NCBI GenBank assembly: GCA_964530925.1
Contig: CAZHBZ010000003.1
Location: 33-64,032 of the forward strand
From: an uncultured Candidatus Saccharibacteria bacterium
GTDB lineage: Bacteria > Patescibacteriota > Minisyncoccia > UBA6257 > 2-01-FULL-56-20
Direction: 5' to 3'
DNA: 64,000 nucleotides
A program made the translations under genes and the position numbers. Below the pieces are notes generated by a model. That model searched no databases and was not told the origin of the DNA. It saw only the letters and a list, made by a program, of their open reading frames with translations. Below are positions 17,106 through 26,918 of the stretch, one piece after another; position 1 is the stretch's first letter; every line of letters starts with the position of its first letter.

Positions 17106-18305
17106 ATGAAAAAGATCAAGAAAAAAGTTTTTGTCGGTATGTCGGGTGGCGTAGATTCGTCTGTCGCCGCATATCTTCTAAAAAAACAAGATTACGACGT
17201 AGTCGGTGTTTTTATTCGCGGTTACAACATTGATAACTGCCAAGACAGAGACGCGGAAGACGCGCGCCGGGTGGCAGAACATTTGGGCATTCCGTTTTAC
17301 GTTTGGGATTTTGAAAAAGAATATAAAAAGAAAGTGGTTGACTATATGATCGCCGGATACAAGAAGGGCCTAACGCCGAATCCGGATGTGATGTGTAATC
17401 GGGAGATAAAATTTGGGATATTTTTCGAGAGGGCTATGAAGCTCGGGGCCGATTTTGTGGCGACGGGGCATTATGTGCGTCGGTTCGCATTTCCGGAGAC
17501 CGACGTCACTTCCTTTCCGGCGAATGAAGCGCGCCTGCATCTCGGGCGTTCGGCTCGCCGATGGCGAGACCAAGCCCGAACGCCCTCCGATAGCTCTCCG
17601 GAAACGCGAACTCTCCGCCGGGGGCTGAAGGAGGCCAAAGACGGCAACAAGGACCAAAGCTATTTTTTATGGACTTTAACCGCGAAGCAGATTGAGAAGT
17701 CTCTTTTTCCGATAGGGGATTATCTGAAGTTGGAGGTGAGACGTATTGCCAAAAAAGCCGGAATATCCACAGCAGAAAAAAAAGATTCGCAAGGGATCTG
17801 CTTTTTGGGCATGGTAAGTATCAAAGATTTTCTGAAGGAATACCTTCCGGAGAAAAAAGGCGCGGTTTTGAATCTTAAGGGTGAAAAAATAGGCGAACAT
17901 GTCGGGGCGCATTTTTATACCATAGGCCAGCGCGGCGGAGTAGGAAATTTAAAGCATGAAAAAGGGCAGAAAAACCACATTCCTCTTTATGTGGCCAAAA
18001 AAGATGTGAAGAAAAATATTTTGGTAGTCGCTGAAGGTTCCGAAAATCCCGCTTTATATGAAAATTCGGTTCATTTTACCGATGCGAATTTTAACTACTT
18101 ACTACCTACTACTCACTACCCACTTTCTGCTTTTGCCCGCGTTCGCTATCGCCAACCACTTTTTCCCGCAATGCTCTACAAACTATCAACTACAACCTAC
18201 AAACTCGTGTTCAATAAGCCTCAGAAGTTCGTGGCCCCCGGCCAGTCCGCCGTGATTTACTCGGCCAAGGGCGAAATGCTTGGCGGAGGGGTAATTAAGG
18301 CTTAA
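17106..18305 (+). CDS. mnmA: tRNA-specific 2-thiouridylase with in-frame repeat insertions
   Basis: MSGGVDSS, TPNPDVMCN, ATGHY, KDQSYFL, DSQGICF, YTIGQR and PGQ motifs. Confidence 0.96.
   Translation: MKKIKKKVFVGMSGGVDSSVAAYLLKKQDYDVVGVFIRGYNIDNCQDRDAEDARRVAEHLGIPFYVWDFEKEYKKKVVDYMIAGYKKGLTPNPDVMCNREIKFGIFFERAMKLGADFVATGHYVRRFAFPETDVTSFPANEARLHLGRSARRWRDQARTPSDSSPETRTLRRGLKEAKDGNKDQSYFLWTLTAKQIEKSLFPIGDYLKLEVRRIAKKAGISTAEKKDSQGICFLGMVSIKDFLKEYLPEKKGAVLNLKGEKIGEHVGAHFYTIGQRGGVGNLKHEKGQKNHIPLYVAKKDVKKNILVVAEGSENPALYENSVHFTDANFNYLLPTTHYPLSAFARVRYRQPLFPAMLYKLSTTTYKLVFNKPQKFVAPGQSAVIYSAKGEMLGGGVIKA
17483..17611. mobile_element. 129-bp palindromic element inserted in frame in mnmA
   Basis: 17-bp inverted ends (16/17 match), internal hairpin, length equals 43 codons. 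Confidence 0.7.
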
Positions 18306-18307
18306 TT

Positions 18308-18398
18308 TTGACATTTTCCTTCGTTTAACATAGAATTCTATCTACATTGCTTCGGCCGCGGAGAGTGTAAAAACTCTGAAAATCCGGCTATAAAGCAA
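18308..18398 (+). promoter_or_regulatory. rpsB promoter and structured 5' leader
   Basis: TTGACA-17-TAGAAT; nested stems TTGCTT/AAGCAA, GCCG-CGGA/TCCGGC and AGAGT/ACTCT. Confidence 0.6.
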
Positions 18399-18426
18399 GA
18401 CAAGATTAATCAAAAACAAATAAATA

Positions 18427-19185
18427 ATGGCAGACGAACCAATTGTAGCGCCAGTAGAAACCATAGACGACCCGGAAACCAACGCGATGGTAGAGGCCGG
18501 AGTTTTTGTCGGTCGCACCAAAACCAAGACTTATCCGAGAATGAGGCCTTATATTTTGACGACCCGAAACAATGTGGAAATAATCCATATGGGCAAGATC
18601 CTCGAAAAGCTCGACGAAGTTATGGATTTTGTAAAAGCTAAGGCCGCGGCCAGGACCTCAATGCTTTTCGTTGGTACTCAGCCGGCCGCGCTTGAAGCTA
18701 TAACTGATATCCAGGCATCTTTTGGGTTTCCGGCGGTTTCCGTTCGTTGGCTTGGTGGAACGCTCACCAACTATAAAGTTATTAGCAAGCGCCTTGAATA
18801 CTATAAAAAGTTGAAAGCCGATAACGCCGCCGGCGCTTTTGAAAAGTACACTAAAAAGGAACAGCTTGGTATTAGGAAAGACTTGGAGAAAATGGACGAA
18901 CTCATGAGTGGAATGGAAAATATGACCACCCGTCCGGACGTGCTTGTGGTAATCGACCCTAATTCCCATAAAGCAGCTATCCGCGAAGCGAGAAAACTGA
19001 ACATCCCGATAGTCGCCTATGTGAATACCGATACCAACCCGGACGATACAGATTATTTTGTTCCCGGCAACACCAAGTCCCGTTTGAGCATTAATTGGTT
19101 CCTCGCGAAAATTAAAGAAGCTATCGAAGCCGGACAGAAAGAGGCGGCCGCGCTCGCGGTCAAGAAGGACGCCTCGGCTGTATAA
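18427..19185 (+). CDS. rpsB: 30S ribosomal protein S2
   Basis: MVEAGV, LFVGTQ, RWLGGTLTN and AIREARKLNIP motifs. Confidence 0.96.
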   Translation: MADEPIVAPVETIDDPETNAMVEAGVFVGRTKTKTYPRMRPYILTTRNNVEIIHMGKILEKLDEVMDFVKAKAAARTSMLFVGTQPAALEAITDIQASFGFPAVSVRWLGGTLTNYKVISKRLEYYKKLKADNAAGAFEKYTKKEQLGIRKDLEKMDELMSGMENMTTRPDVLVVIDPNSHKAAIREARKLNIPIVAYVNTDTNPDDTDYFVPGNTKSRLSINWFLAKIKEAIEAGQKEAAALAVKKDASAV

Positions 19186-19353
19186 CTTTTTTTCACCCGC
19201 ATTTTTTGTTAGAATATTTCTGTTCGCAAAATGATAGTAAAAAGACTTGTCCTGTTAGAAATAACGGGGGTTAACGCGGAAATATAAAGGAAAACCGAAG
19301 TTCTTAATAAATATAAAAGGTACAAAAATAATAAAACAAAATTTCTAATCGGG

Positions 19354-19794
19354 ATGAACGACGAAATAGTTAGGTTAAGAGAAAAGACCGGAGCCGGAGT
19401 AATGGATTGTAAAAGAGCTCTTACGGATGCTAAGGGCGATTTTGACGCGGCTGTTGCGCTTATCGGTGAAAGAGGTCTCGCCAAGGTTGAAAAGAGAGCA
19501 GACCGCGAAGCCGGAGCCGGAATGATATTTTCTTACGTTCACAATGACCGCATCGGTGTCTTGGTAGATATGCGCGCGGAAACCGATTTTGTTGTTCACT
19601 CCGATCCGTTTAAAGAAACGATTCGGGAAATTGCCATGCAGGTAGCTGCTGCCGCGCCGGAAAATGTTGAAGCCCTTATGGATCAACCCTACATCAAGGA
19701 TGAGAGCAAAGCCGTTAAAGATCTTATTAATGATGTCATCGCCAAAGTTGGCGAGAACGTTAAGGTGCGCGCTTTTTCCCGGATAGAGCTATAA
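19354..19794 (+). CDS. tsf: elongation factor Ts, short form
   Basis: LREKTGAGVMDCKRAL, ETDFV, LMDQPYIKD and GENV motifs; follows rpsB. Confidence 0.93.
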   Translation: MNDEIVRLREKTGAGVMDCKRALTDAKGDFDAAVALIGERGLAKVEKRADREAGAGMIFSYVHNDRIGVLVDMRAETDFVVHSDPFKETIREIAMQVAAAAPENVEALMDQPYIKDESKAVKDLINDVIAKVGENVKVRAFSRIEL

Positions 19795-19894
19795 TCTAGT
19801 AGATAGTAGTTAGAAGATAGTATGTAGAATATATTTTTTTGAATTAGTTTTTAAGTTATCTACTATTCACCATTCACTATCTACTGCCCTTCCC

Positions 19895-20233
19895 ATGTTC
19901 ACTTTCATCATCACCAATATATTTCTCCTTTCCCTTGCCACCGTACTTTTTATGGTGGCTCGTGCTTTGCCTCGCATAGAAACTTCTGAAGAAGAAATAA
20001 AACAGAGCCCTCTCGAGAAATGGGTAACTTCAGGCGTGCCGGAGAAGTTGGACATCTTTTTTAACGCTTTTTCCGCGAAGATACTTAGGAAGTCCAAGGT
20101 ATTCATTCTGAAGATAGATAATATCGTTACCTTAAAGCTCCAAGGTTTTGCCAAGGACATGAATGGCAAAGCCAAGCCGGATTTTAAAGAAGTTATCGGA
20201 GAAAAAAAAGAAGATGAAGAAACCCCCGCCTAA
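19895..20233 (+). CDS. membrane-anchored hypothetical protein
   Basis: N-terminal TM helix then ARALPR; terminator at 20221-20243. Confidence 0.65.
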   Translation: MFTFIITNIFLLSLATVLFMVARALPRIETSEEEIKQSPLEKWVTSGVPEKLDIFFNAFSAKILRKSKVFILKIDNIVTLKLQGFAKDMNGKAKPDFKEVIGEKKEDEETPA

Positions 20234-20391
20234 GGCGGGGGTTTCTGGTTAAAATTATAACTGCCGCGATATATCGAACAAAGATTTATTTGGCAATTGC
20301 GCCGGAAGGGAAGAGGCCTTCGTTTGCGCGCCTTGCCAATTATGAGATTAATAAGGTAATATCCGTTTGGTTCTAAATAAGAGGAGGAATC

Positions 20392-20631
20392 ATGCCGGAA
20401 TCGATTTTGGGCGCGATGATGCTCGAACGGGCGCTCGATCTCGCGAAAAATAAGTATCGTCCGCCGGAAATTCTTGAATTGGAAGCCCAGATCGAAAGAG
20501 ATACTCGCGCTCTTGAAATCAGAGAATCGGCCGGCGGGAGGATTGAGGAGGCGGACATCTCAAGGGTCGTAGGGATGAAGCTCCTGCGGGATAAGCTTTA
20601 CGCCGTTTGGCTTCTGCGAGAATGTTCCTAG
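20392..20631 (+). CDS. hypothetical protein
   Basis: GAGGAGG SD; 79 aa. Confidence 0.55.
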   Translation: MPESILGAMMLERALDLAKNKYRPPEILELEAQIERDTRALEIRESAGGRIEEADISRVVGMKLLRDKLYAVWLLRECS

Positions 20632-20730
20632 CATGTCTTGAACCGCAACACGTGTTGCGGTTTTTTGTTTGCGTGGTTCGATTTTCCCGGAGTAATATGG
20701 AATTAGCATCTTATTTTTTTAGGAGGGGCG

Positions 20731-21303
20731 ATGGGACGCTTCGTTGTGATAACCGGACCATCAGGTTCCGGAAAGACCACCGTTCTGAAAGAGCTTCTGC
20801 GAATAATCCCGAATTCCGGGAGGATAGTCACCACGACCACCAGGGGCCCGCGCGAAGGCGAGGCGGATGGCGTAGATTATCACTTTGTAAGCCGGGAAAG
20901 ATTTGCCGCGCTTGTCGAGAAGGGCGAATTTCTCGAACATGTCGAGATCTATGGGCATCGCTACGGTTCGACCATTAAAGCTCTGAATGAAGCGCGCGCG
21001 AAGCACGAAATCGTTTTTGCGGTTCTTGACCCGCGCGGGGCAAGCGCCCTCAAGAAACGCTTTAACGGCTTCACTTTTCTGTTTTTGGTGCCGGACTCCA
21101 TAGGTGAATTAGGGCGGAGGCTCATGGAACGCGGCATGGATATGTCCGAAGCCGAACGCAAAGTCCGTCTTGACGATGCCATCGCCGAGTTGGCTCTGGC
21201 GAAAGGATTTAACTCCATCGTGGACAATCGGGAGGGGGAGTTTAGGGAAACCCTTCAAACCATCGCCGAACTTCTTGGCGCAAAAATCACTCCGGCCTTA
21301 TAA
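20731..21303 (+). CDS. gmk: guanylate kinase
   Basis: GPSGSGKT, TTTRGPREGEADGVDYHF and YGHRYG motifs. Confidence 0.93.
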   Translation: MGRFVVITGPSGSGKTTVLKELLRIIPNSGRIVTTTTRGPREGEADGVDYHFVSRERFAALVEKGEFLEHVEIYGHRYGSTIKALNEARAKHEIVFAVLDPRGASALKKRFNGFTFLFLVPDSIGELGRRLMERGMDMSEAERKVRLDDAIAELALAKGFNSIVDNREGEFRETLQTIAELLGAKITPAL

Positions 21304-21363
21304 AAGGCCGGTTTTTCTTTATTTGCGATATTGGTCGGTTTCTTATATTATTTCCTATGAAAT

Positions 21364-21450
21364 GCACAGGTGGTAGAGCGGTCAAATACAAGAGACTGTA
21401 AATCTCTCGCCCATGTGGCTACGCAGGTTCGAATCCTGCCCTGTGCACCA
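21364..21450 (+). tRNA. tRNA-Tyr(GTA)
   Basis: Acceptor stem GCACAGG/CCTGTGC, anticodon arm AGAGA-CTGTAAA-TCTCT, long variable arm, GCAGG-TTCGAAT-CCTGC, encoded CCA. Confidence 0.97.
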
Positions 21451-21591
21451 ATAAAATATCCTCACGGGATTTTTTTGTATACATTAAAAGGATTTGAGCG
21501 GGGGGTGGAGATAATGCCTAAGCGGTTTTTGAAGTTTGCTTTTTATCATCCTTCGATTTAAAACTTAGGTAGCGCGTGGAGGAGGTTTTGT

Positions 21592-22023
21592 ATGGGCCGG
21601 AAGCAGTCTTGGCTTGATGGGGAGATCCACGAAGAACTCGCGGCGTTAGACATGGACGCTCGTCTCCCGGAGGCGGAAGAGCTGCTTGAACCGCAGGGCA
21701 TGTTCGAGAGGTTTCTTGGGATAGCGAACGGGGATGAGAAGCGCTATTTTGTTCTCTGGGCGCTATACGCGACCGCTCAAGGTGATGCCGCGGAGAAGGG
21801 GGATGTTTCTCAGGCCATGTTCTGTGGCGTTCGGGCAGAGATGATCCAAAACATTTTTTATTTCCGTGTGGCAGAAAGGCTGGGGGTTTGGGATATCGGC
21901 GCCGTTGAGCTTGGAGTCCGCAAAGGATGGACGATTGTCGGCATGACCCCGGAGGACAAAAGAAAAATCAATGCCGCTGGTGATTTCTTTTCCAGCGCGA
22001 AAGATGATGGGCAAGTGACGTGA
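21592..22023 (+). CDS. hypothetical protein, likely paralog of 22145-22675
   Basis: GGAGGAGG SD; own terminator at 22033-22052. Confidence 0.7.
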   Translation: MGRKQSWLDGEIHEELAALDMDARLPEAEELLEPQGMFERFLGIANGDEKRYFVLWALYATAQGDAAEKGDVSQAMFCGVRAEMIQNIFYFRVAERLGVWDIGAVELGVRKGWTIVGMTPEDKRKINAAGDFFSSAKDDGQVT

Positions 22024-22144
22024 GGAGATTTGGCCCCGACCTAAGTCGGGGCTTTATTATTGACAAATTTTAGTAATCAATTATAATTTGCGCAGTTGTT
22101 CGTAAATCGTGCAATAGGCCCAAAAGGGCCGGAAAGGACTTGAT

Positions 22145-22675
22145 ATGAAGCTCAAGTACATCGAAGATCTGCTCGCCGAGGCCGAGGCCGTTTCTCCGGA
22201 GGAAATTCGGGAAGTGGCGAATACCCAGGCAGGAATCGTTCCTCCGACGGAAGATCTTGTCGGGGTTCTCCCCGAAGATCTCCGGAAGCTCGCGGTGGTC
22301 ATGTTCCGTCGTGGGGAGGAGCTCCGGAAGTTCGTTCTTGCCGAGAGCTCGAAGCCGAGGACCGGGGACATGGTCTTCGAAGTGAAGAGACTCCTCGATT
22401 TCGAAGAAAAGGTGGAGTTCTTGCAGTACAAGCTGACTGCCCTGGAGGCCATCTTCTGGGAAGCCGTTTCTGTTGAGTTTGGGGTCAGGGAAGTGGGCCT
22501 CGCCATCAACGGAAGGTGGCAGCTTTTCTTCGCGAATCCGAAGTGCAAAAGCTGCGGCAAGAGGCATCCCAAGGAGAAGACAGATGGCAAGCCCGAGGCC
22601 ACCCATGGCCTCGACGGGCTCCTCAACATTCTCGGCGGTCCCGGCGTTTCCTTCGGCCGTGGCGGAAACGCCTGA
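22145..22675 (+). CDS. hypothetical protein with a CxxC motif, likely paralog of 21592-22023
   Basis: TTGACA-16-TATAAT promoter (22060-22087), AAAGGA SD, terminator at 22693-22714. Confidence 0.7.
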   Translation: MKLKYIEDLLAEAEAVSPEEIREVANTQAGIVPPTEDLVGVLPEDLRKLAVVMFRRGEELRKFVLAESSKPRTGDMVFEVKRLLDFEEKVEFLQYKLTALEAIFWEAVSVEFGVREVGLAINGRWQLFFANPKCKSCGKRHPKEKTDGKPEATHGLDGLLNILGGPGVSFGRGGNA

Positions 22676-22776
22676 GCTTTTTCGTTCCTCAAGCCTCGAC
22701 ATTCGTGTCGGGGCTTTTTCATATTCTAATCCCTCAAAAACTGGTAAAATTGAAAATATAGATTTTGAATTGACCC

Positions 22777-23271
22777 ATGGCCAATGAATACGTAAGCGAA
22801 GCGATAGTTTTGGAAAAGGAACCTCAGGGCGAACTCGATGAACGAGTCGCGGTTTTTACGCGAAACCTCGGGAAGTTTTCGGCAAAAGTAAAAAGTTCCC
22901 GGAAAATAACTTCGAAACTTTCTCCGCATTTAGAACCGGGTAATTTTATCCGGGTGCGGATGATCGAGAAAGGAAGCCTTCAGGTAGTAGATGCTTTAAA
23001 ACGCGGGAAACTTTCGGGCTCTCCCGATTTTTTCTATCTTCTGGGAAGAGTTTTGGCGGAGGGTGAACCGGATGAACTTCTTTGGGCTACGCTTCTTGCA
23101 GGCGAAAAAGATTGGAGGAAAATTTTGGCAATTCTGGGTTGGGACCCGGAGCATGCTTCCTGCGAGCATTGTGGCAGGGGAGATGTGTTCGCTTTTCATA
23201 TCGGGAGCCAGAACTTTTTTTGCGGTCCCTGCGCTTTTCGGAGCCGAGGAGAAAAGATAGAATTGCTATAA
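22777..23271 (+). CDS. recO: DNA repair protein RecO, short form
   Basis: AIVL...GELD...FTRNLGK OB-fold; SKLSPHLE; CxxC...CxxC zinc finger. Confidence 0.85.
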   Translation: MANEYVSEAIVLEKEPQGELDERVAVFTRNLGKFSAKVKSSRKITSKLSPHLEPGNFIRVRMIEKGSLQVVDALKRGKLSGSPDFFYLLGRVLAEGEPDELLWATLLAGEKDWRKILAILGWDPEHASCEHCGRGDVFAFHIGSQNFFCGPCAFRSRGEKIELL

Positions 23272-23301
23272 ATTTTTTAGATGACTTGTTATAATTAAAC
23301 A

Positions 23302-25026
23302 ATGCGGAAGTTTGGAATTACGTTGCTTGTCCTGGCTGTCCTAGCCGGTGTCGGTTACACCGTCTATTATTTTCTTGAACCTAAGGCCCCGAATGTGACT
23401 TTAGATTTCGCGCGGCCTGGGGATGTTTTTATCGGCAAGCCATTTTCGCTTTCGGTTTCTTATTCCAACTCCTCCGACCAGGTTTTAAAAAATGTTAAGT
23501 TTTTGGTTGTTTTGCCGCCGGAGTTATCTTTTCTCGGTAAATCCACCGACCAAAGGGTCTTTGAGAAGCCTATCGGCGATGTCGGTCCGGGAAGCGTCAC
23601 TCCGGAAACTTTGAATCTTATCGCTCAAAGCGGCGCGCAAAGTTTCAAAGAGATAACCGCGAAACTTCGCTATAACCTCGCGACTAATCCGGATGTGCAA
23701 TTCGAGGCTTCAAAAACATTCGACCTTGGCCTTGGTCTTCCGGGCGTGTCTTTGGCGATAGTCACTCCGCAAAACGTTAACAGCGGAGAAAATTTCGATA
23801 CTCAAGTAAAACTTCAAAACAATACTGGCGAGGATATAAAAAATATCGCTTTAAAATTAAGCTATCCGCCGGTTTTCAATTTTGTTAAATCGGATAAAGA
23901 GGACGCGCGAAGGAATAATCAGGAATGGATTTTTCCGACTTTGGCCAAGGGCCAGACGGAGAGCGTGAATATAAACGGAAATCTTGTCGGCGCGGACCTT
24001 GCCCGCTATCAATTTGCCGCGTCGGCCTCCTCCGATTATATGGGCCAAACCTACGCGATGGATAACCAAACCTCGGATATTGCTATCTCTCCGTCTCCAT
24101 TATCCCTTTCCATTTTAGTTAATGGATCCGACCCGAATTCCTATGTGGCGCGAGCGGGAGAAGATATAAATTATGAGATGAGATACAAGAATAATTCTTC
24201 GGTTCCGCTTTCTAATTTAAAATTAACCGCTGGCATGGTCGGGGAGATGTACGATTTCTCGACTCTTAGCGCCAACGCGGTTTTTAATTCGATAACGAAT
24301 ATCCTTACCTGGACCCAGCAAAGCGCCGGAGATTTAGCGGTTTTGAATCCGGGCGAAGAGCGTTCTATCTCTTTCCGCGTAAAATTGAAGAGCGCTTTTC
24401 CCATTCGGCGTTTGGGTGATAAGAACTTCTCTTTGAAGCTAAACCTGTCGCTTGAGTCTCCGACGGTTCCTCCCGGAGTCGCCGCTCAAAAAACGGTTAC
24501 CATTTCTAAAATTGAGACTAAATTGTCCGGCCAGGCAGACATAAAGAGCGCGGGATATTTCTATGATTCCGCTTCCGGCATTCTAAACAAAGGCCCTTAT
24601 CCGCCGCGAGCCAATCAGAAAACCCAATACACGATTCACTGGAAGGTTATCAACTATTCCACGGATATAACCGGTGCTGTTATTTCCGCCAAGGCGGCTC
24701 CAGGCGTTAATTTCACCGGTCAGATAAAAAGCAATTCCGGGAGCCAGCCTTCATATGATTCGGCGAGCGGCGTTGTGACTTGGAATCTTGGCGATGTCCC
24801 GGCGACAAAGGGAATTGTGGGGACTCCATTTGAGGCGATATTCCAGATCGAGTATACTCCATCCAATCTGCAGATAGGCGAAGAAGTCGGTTTGCTGGGC
24901 GAAACGAGGCTGACAGCAAAAGACGCGTTTACCGGCAAGGATATCTCCGCTGTTTCCGGCGAAATAACCACCTATCTTCGCGATGACTCAAAAATAACGA
25001 CACCGGATAGAAACGTGCGTCCATAA
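23302..25026 (+). CDS. membrane-anchored multi-Ig-like (DUF11-type) surface protein
   Basis: N-terminal TM helix; repeated Y/L-x-N-x-S/T...L-x-N beta modules; GPYPP motif. Confidence 0.7.
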   Translation: MRKFGITLLVLAVLAGVGYTVYYFLEPKAPNVTLDFARPGDVFIGKPFSLSVSYSNSSDQVLKNVKFLVVLPPELSFLGKSTDQRVFEKPIGDVGPGSVTPETLNLIAQSGAQSFKEITAKLRYNLATNPDVQFEASKTFDLGLGLPGVSLAIVTPQNVNSGENFDTQVKLQNNTGEDIKNIALKLSYPPVFNFVKSDKEDARRNNQEWIFPTLAKGQTESVNINGNLVGADLARYQFAASASSDYMGQTYAMDNQTSDIAISPSPLSLSILVNGSDPNSYVARAGEDINYEMRYKNNSSVPLSNLKLTAGMVGEMYDFSTLSANAVFNSITNILTWTQQSAGDLAVLNPGEERSISFRVKLKSAFPIRRLGDKNFSLKLNLSLESPTVPPGVAAQKTVTISKIETKLSGQADIKSAGYFYDSASGILNKGPYPPRANQKTQYTIHWKVINYSTDITGAVISAKAAPGVNFTGQIKSNSGSQPSYDSASGVVTWNLGDVPATKGIVGTPFEAIFQIEYTPSNLQIGEEVGLLGETRLTAKDAFTGKDISAVSGEITTYLRDDSKITTPDRNVRP

Positions 25027-25044
25027 ATTATTCAACTTATATTT

Positions 25045-26430
25045 ATGTCAGAAGAGAACTCCATGGAAAAAATAGTCAGCCTGAGCAAGCGTCGAGGTTT
25101 TGTGTTTCCAGGCTCAGAAATTTACGGTGGGTTCGCCAATTCTTGGGATTATGGTCCGATGGGAATTGAGCTAAAAAATAACATAGCCCAGGTCTGGTGG
25201 AAAAATTTTGTGCATCGAAGAGACGACGTAGTCGGCCTGGATTCCGCGATTATCACCAATCCGAAGGTTTGGGAAGCTTCGGGCCACGTTTCTAATTTCA
25301 GCGATCCGCTCGTAGATTGTAAAAAATGTAAGACCCGTCACAGGGGCGATAAGCTTTTAGAAGAAAAGCTTGGCGTGGATGAAGTCGCGGCGATAAAATT
25401 TGAAGACATCGGCAATAAGTTAAACGAACTAAAAATAAAGTGTCCGAATTGCGGCGCGGCGGATTGGACGGAGGCACGCAAATTCAATTTGCTTTTCGAA
25501 ACATATGTGGGAACGACGGACGAGTCCAAAATAAAGGCGTATCTAAGAGGGGAGACTGCCCAGGGCATTTTCATTAATTTCAAGAATATCCTTCAAACGA
25601 GCCGCAAGAAGCTTCCGTTTGGCATCGCTCAAGTGGGTAAGGCTTTCAGGAACGAGATAACACCAGGGAATTTTATTTTCAGAACCCGTGAATTCGAGCA
25701 GATGGAAATCGAGTATTTTATCGCCCCGCCGAAACATGAGGAGGACTGGAAGCGCCCGTTTGAAGAATGGCAAACGGAGATTAAAAGATTTTTCGCGGAA
25801 GACTTGGGGCTTAGCGAAAAAAATATGCGTTGGCGCCGGCATGATGAAAACGAACGCTCTTTCTATTCCAAAGACACATATGACGTTGAATACGATTTTC
25901 CGTCCCTCGGCTGGGGAGAGCTTCACGGATTCGCTTATCGCACTGATTACGATCTGAAACAGCATGTCGAATACTCTGGCGCGGATCTTTATTACACCGA
26001 CGACGAGGGCAATAAGTTCATTCCGCACTGCATTGAGCCTTCTTTTGGACTAACCCGCACATTTCTCGCCGTGCTTTGTGAGGCTTATCACGAAGACGGC
26101 GAGCGCGTGGTCTTGAAGCTTCCGTTTAACCTCGCTCCGTATAAAGCCGCGGTTTTCCCGCTTTTGAAGAACAAGCCGGAACTCGTGGAAAAAGCGAGGG
26201 AAGTTTACGACGAATTAAGAAAAGAATTTATGGTTTGCTGGGACGATAGGGGCAATGTCGGCAAACGCTATTATTCGCAAGATGAAATAGGCACTCCCTA
26301 TGGTATTACTATCGATTTCCAAACCTTAGAGGACGAGACCGTGACCGTTCGCGATCGCGACACGGCGGAACAGGTGAGAGTCAGAACCGACAAGCTTATT
26401 GAATTGCTCCGCGAAAAAGCGCGCGGATAG
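25045..26430 (+). CDS. glyQS: glycine--tRNA ligase, alpha2 type
   Basis: KRRGF, WDYGP, LRGETAQGIF, FRNEITP, REFEQME, IEPSFG and QDEIGTP motifs. Confidence 0.96.
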   Translation: MSEENSMEKIVSLSKRRGFVFPGSEIYGGFANSWDYGPMGIELKNNIAQVWWKNFVHRRDDVVGLDSAIITNPKVWEASGHVSNFSDPLVDCKKCKTRHRGDKLLEEKLGVDEVAAIKFEDIGNKLNELKIKCPNCGAADWTEARKFNLLFETYVGTTDESKIKAYLRGETAQGIFINFKNILQTSRKKLPFGIAQVGKAFRNEITPGNFIFRTREFEQMEIEYFIAPPKHEEDWKRPFEEWQTEIKRFFAEDLGLSEKNMRWRRHDENERSFYSKDTYDVEYDFPSLGWGELHGFAYRTDYDLKQHVEYSGADLYYTDDEGNKFIPHCIEPSFGLTRTFLAVLCEAYHEDGERVVLKLPFNLAPYKAAVFPLLKNKPELVEKAREVYDELRKEFMVCWDDRGNVGKRYYSQDEIGTPYGITIDFQTLEDETVTVRDRDTAEQVRVRTDKLIELLREKARG

Positions 26431-26464
26431 ATATAAAAAAGCCGCCCGTTGGGCGGCTACGTAG

Positions 26465-26887
26465 TCAGTGGGTCAGATACTCGACGAACTCTTTTGCCGT
26501 TTTCGTGGCGAAAAGTTTCTTGAGAAACTGACTTGGCGACGCAGAACCGTTGAGGAGGTGCATTCGGAAGATCACGGAAGTCGCAATGATTCCCTCCGTG
26601 GATACGGCGTGAAGCGAAGACGGCGTCCCAAGGAGCGCGAGTACGAGTCGCGATTCGAGCTCCCTCGTTTCTTTCGTTCCGACTCGCGTCTTCCATTCGC
26701 TAAGCGCGACCGTGATTGCCGCCTTGAGCTTTGCGAATCCTTCGCCGACTTCCTTCGCGGCGGCATCCAGCTCGTTTGGTTTGGTGGCGGATGAATCAGT
26801 CTCGGCCGAATCGGCCATTTCTTCTCCTCTCGTTTTCTCAAGTTTTTGCGCTGTCGCCATTTTACAACCTTTCTTTAGAGAAGTCAA
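26465..26887 (-). CDS. hypothetical protein, paralog of 26919-27272 (true start may be the second Met)
   Basis: Shares W-x-x-x-VG-x-x-E and LFAT-x-x-A-x-EF motifs with its neighbour. Confidence 0.65.
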   Translation of the reverse strand: MTSLKKGCKMATAQKLEKTRGEEMADSAETDSSATKPNELDAAAKEVGEGFAKLKAAITVALSEWKTRVGTKETRELESRLVLALLGTPSSLHAVSTEGIIATSVIFRMHLLNGSASPSQFLKKLFATKTAKEFVEYLTH

Positions 26888-26918
26888 GTCAAAAAGAGCC
26901 CCGAGGGGGCTCTCGCTG

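Noticed and set aside
17483-17611. Intein or group I/II intron in mnmA
   Set aside because: Far too short, with no intein terminal residues or intron core motifs; treated as a palindromic insertion instead.
19354-19794. Short tsf (and short recO) as pseudogenes
   Set aside because: Reading frames and key motifs are intact, and short forms are expected in reduced genomes.
21450-22714. Prophage or genomic island at tRNA-Tyr
   Set aside because: No integrase and no direct repeat of the tRNA 3' end was found in the window.
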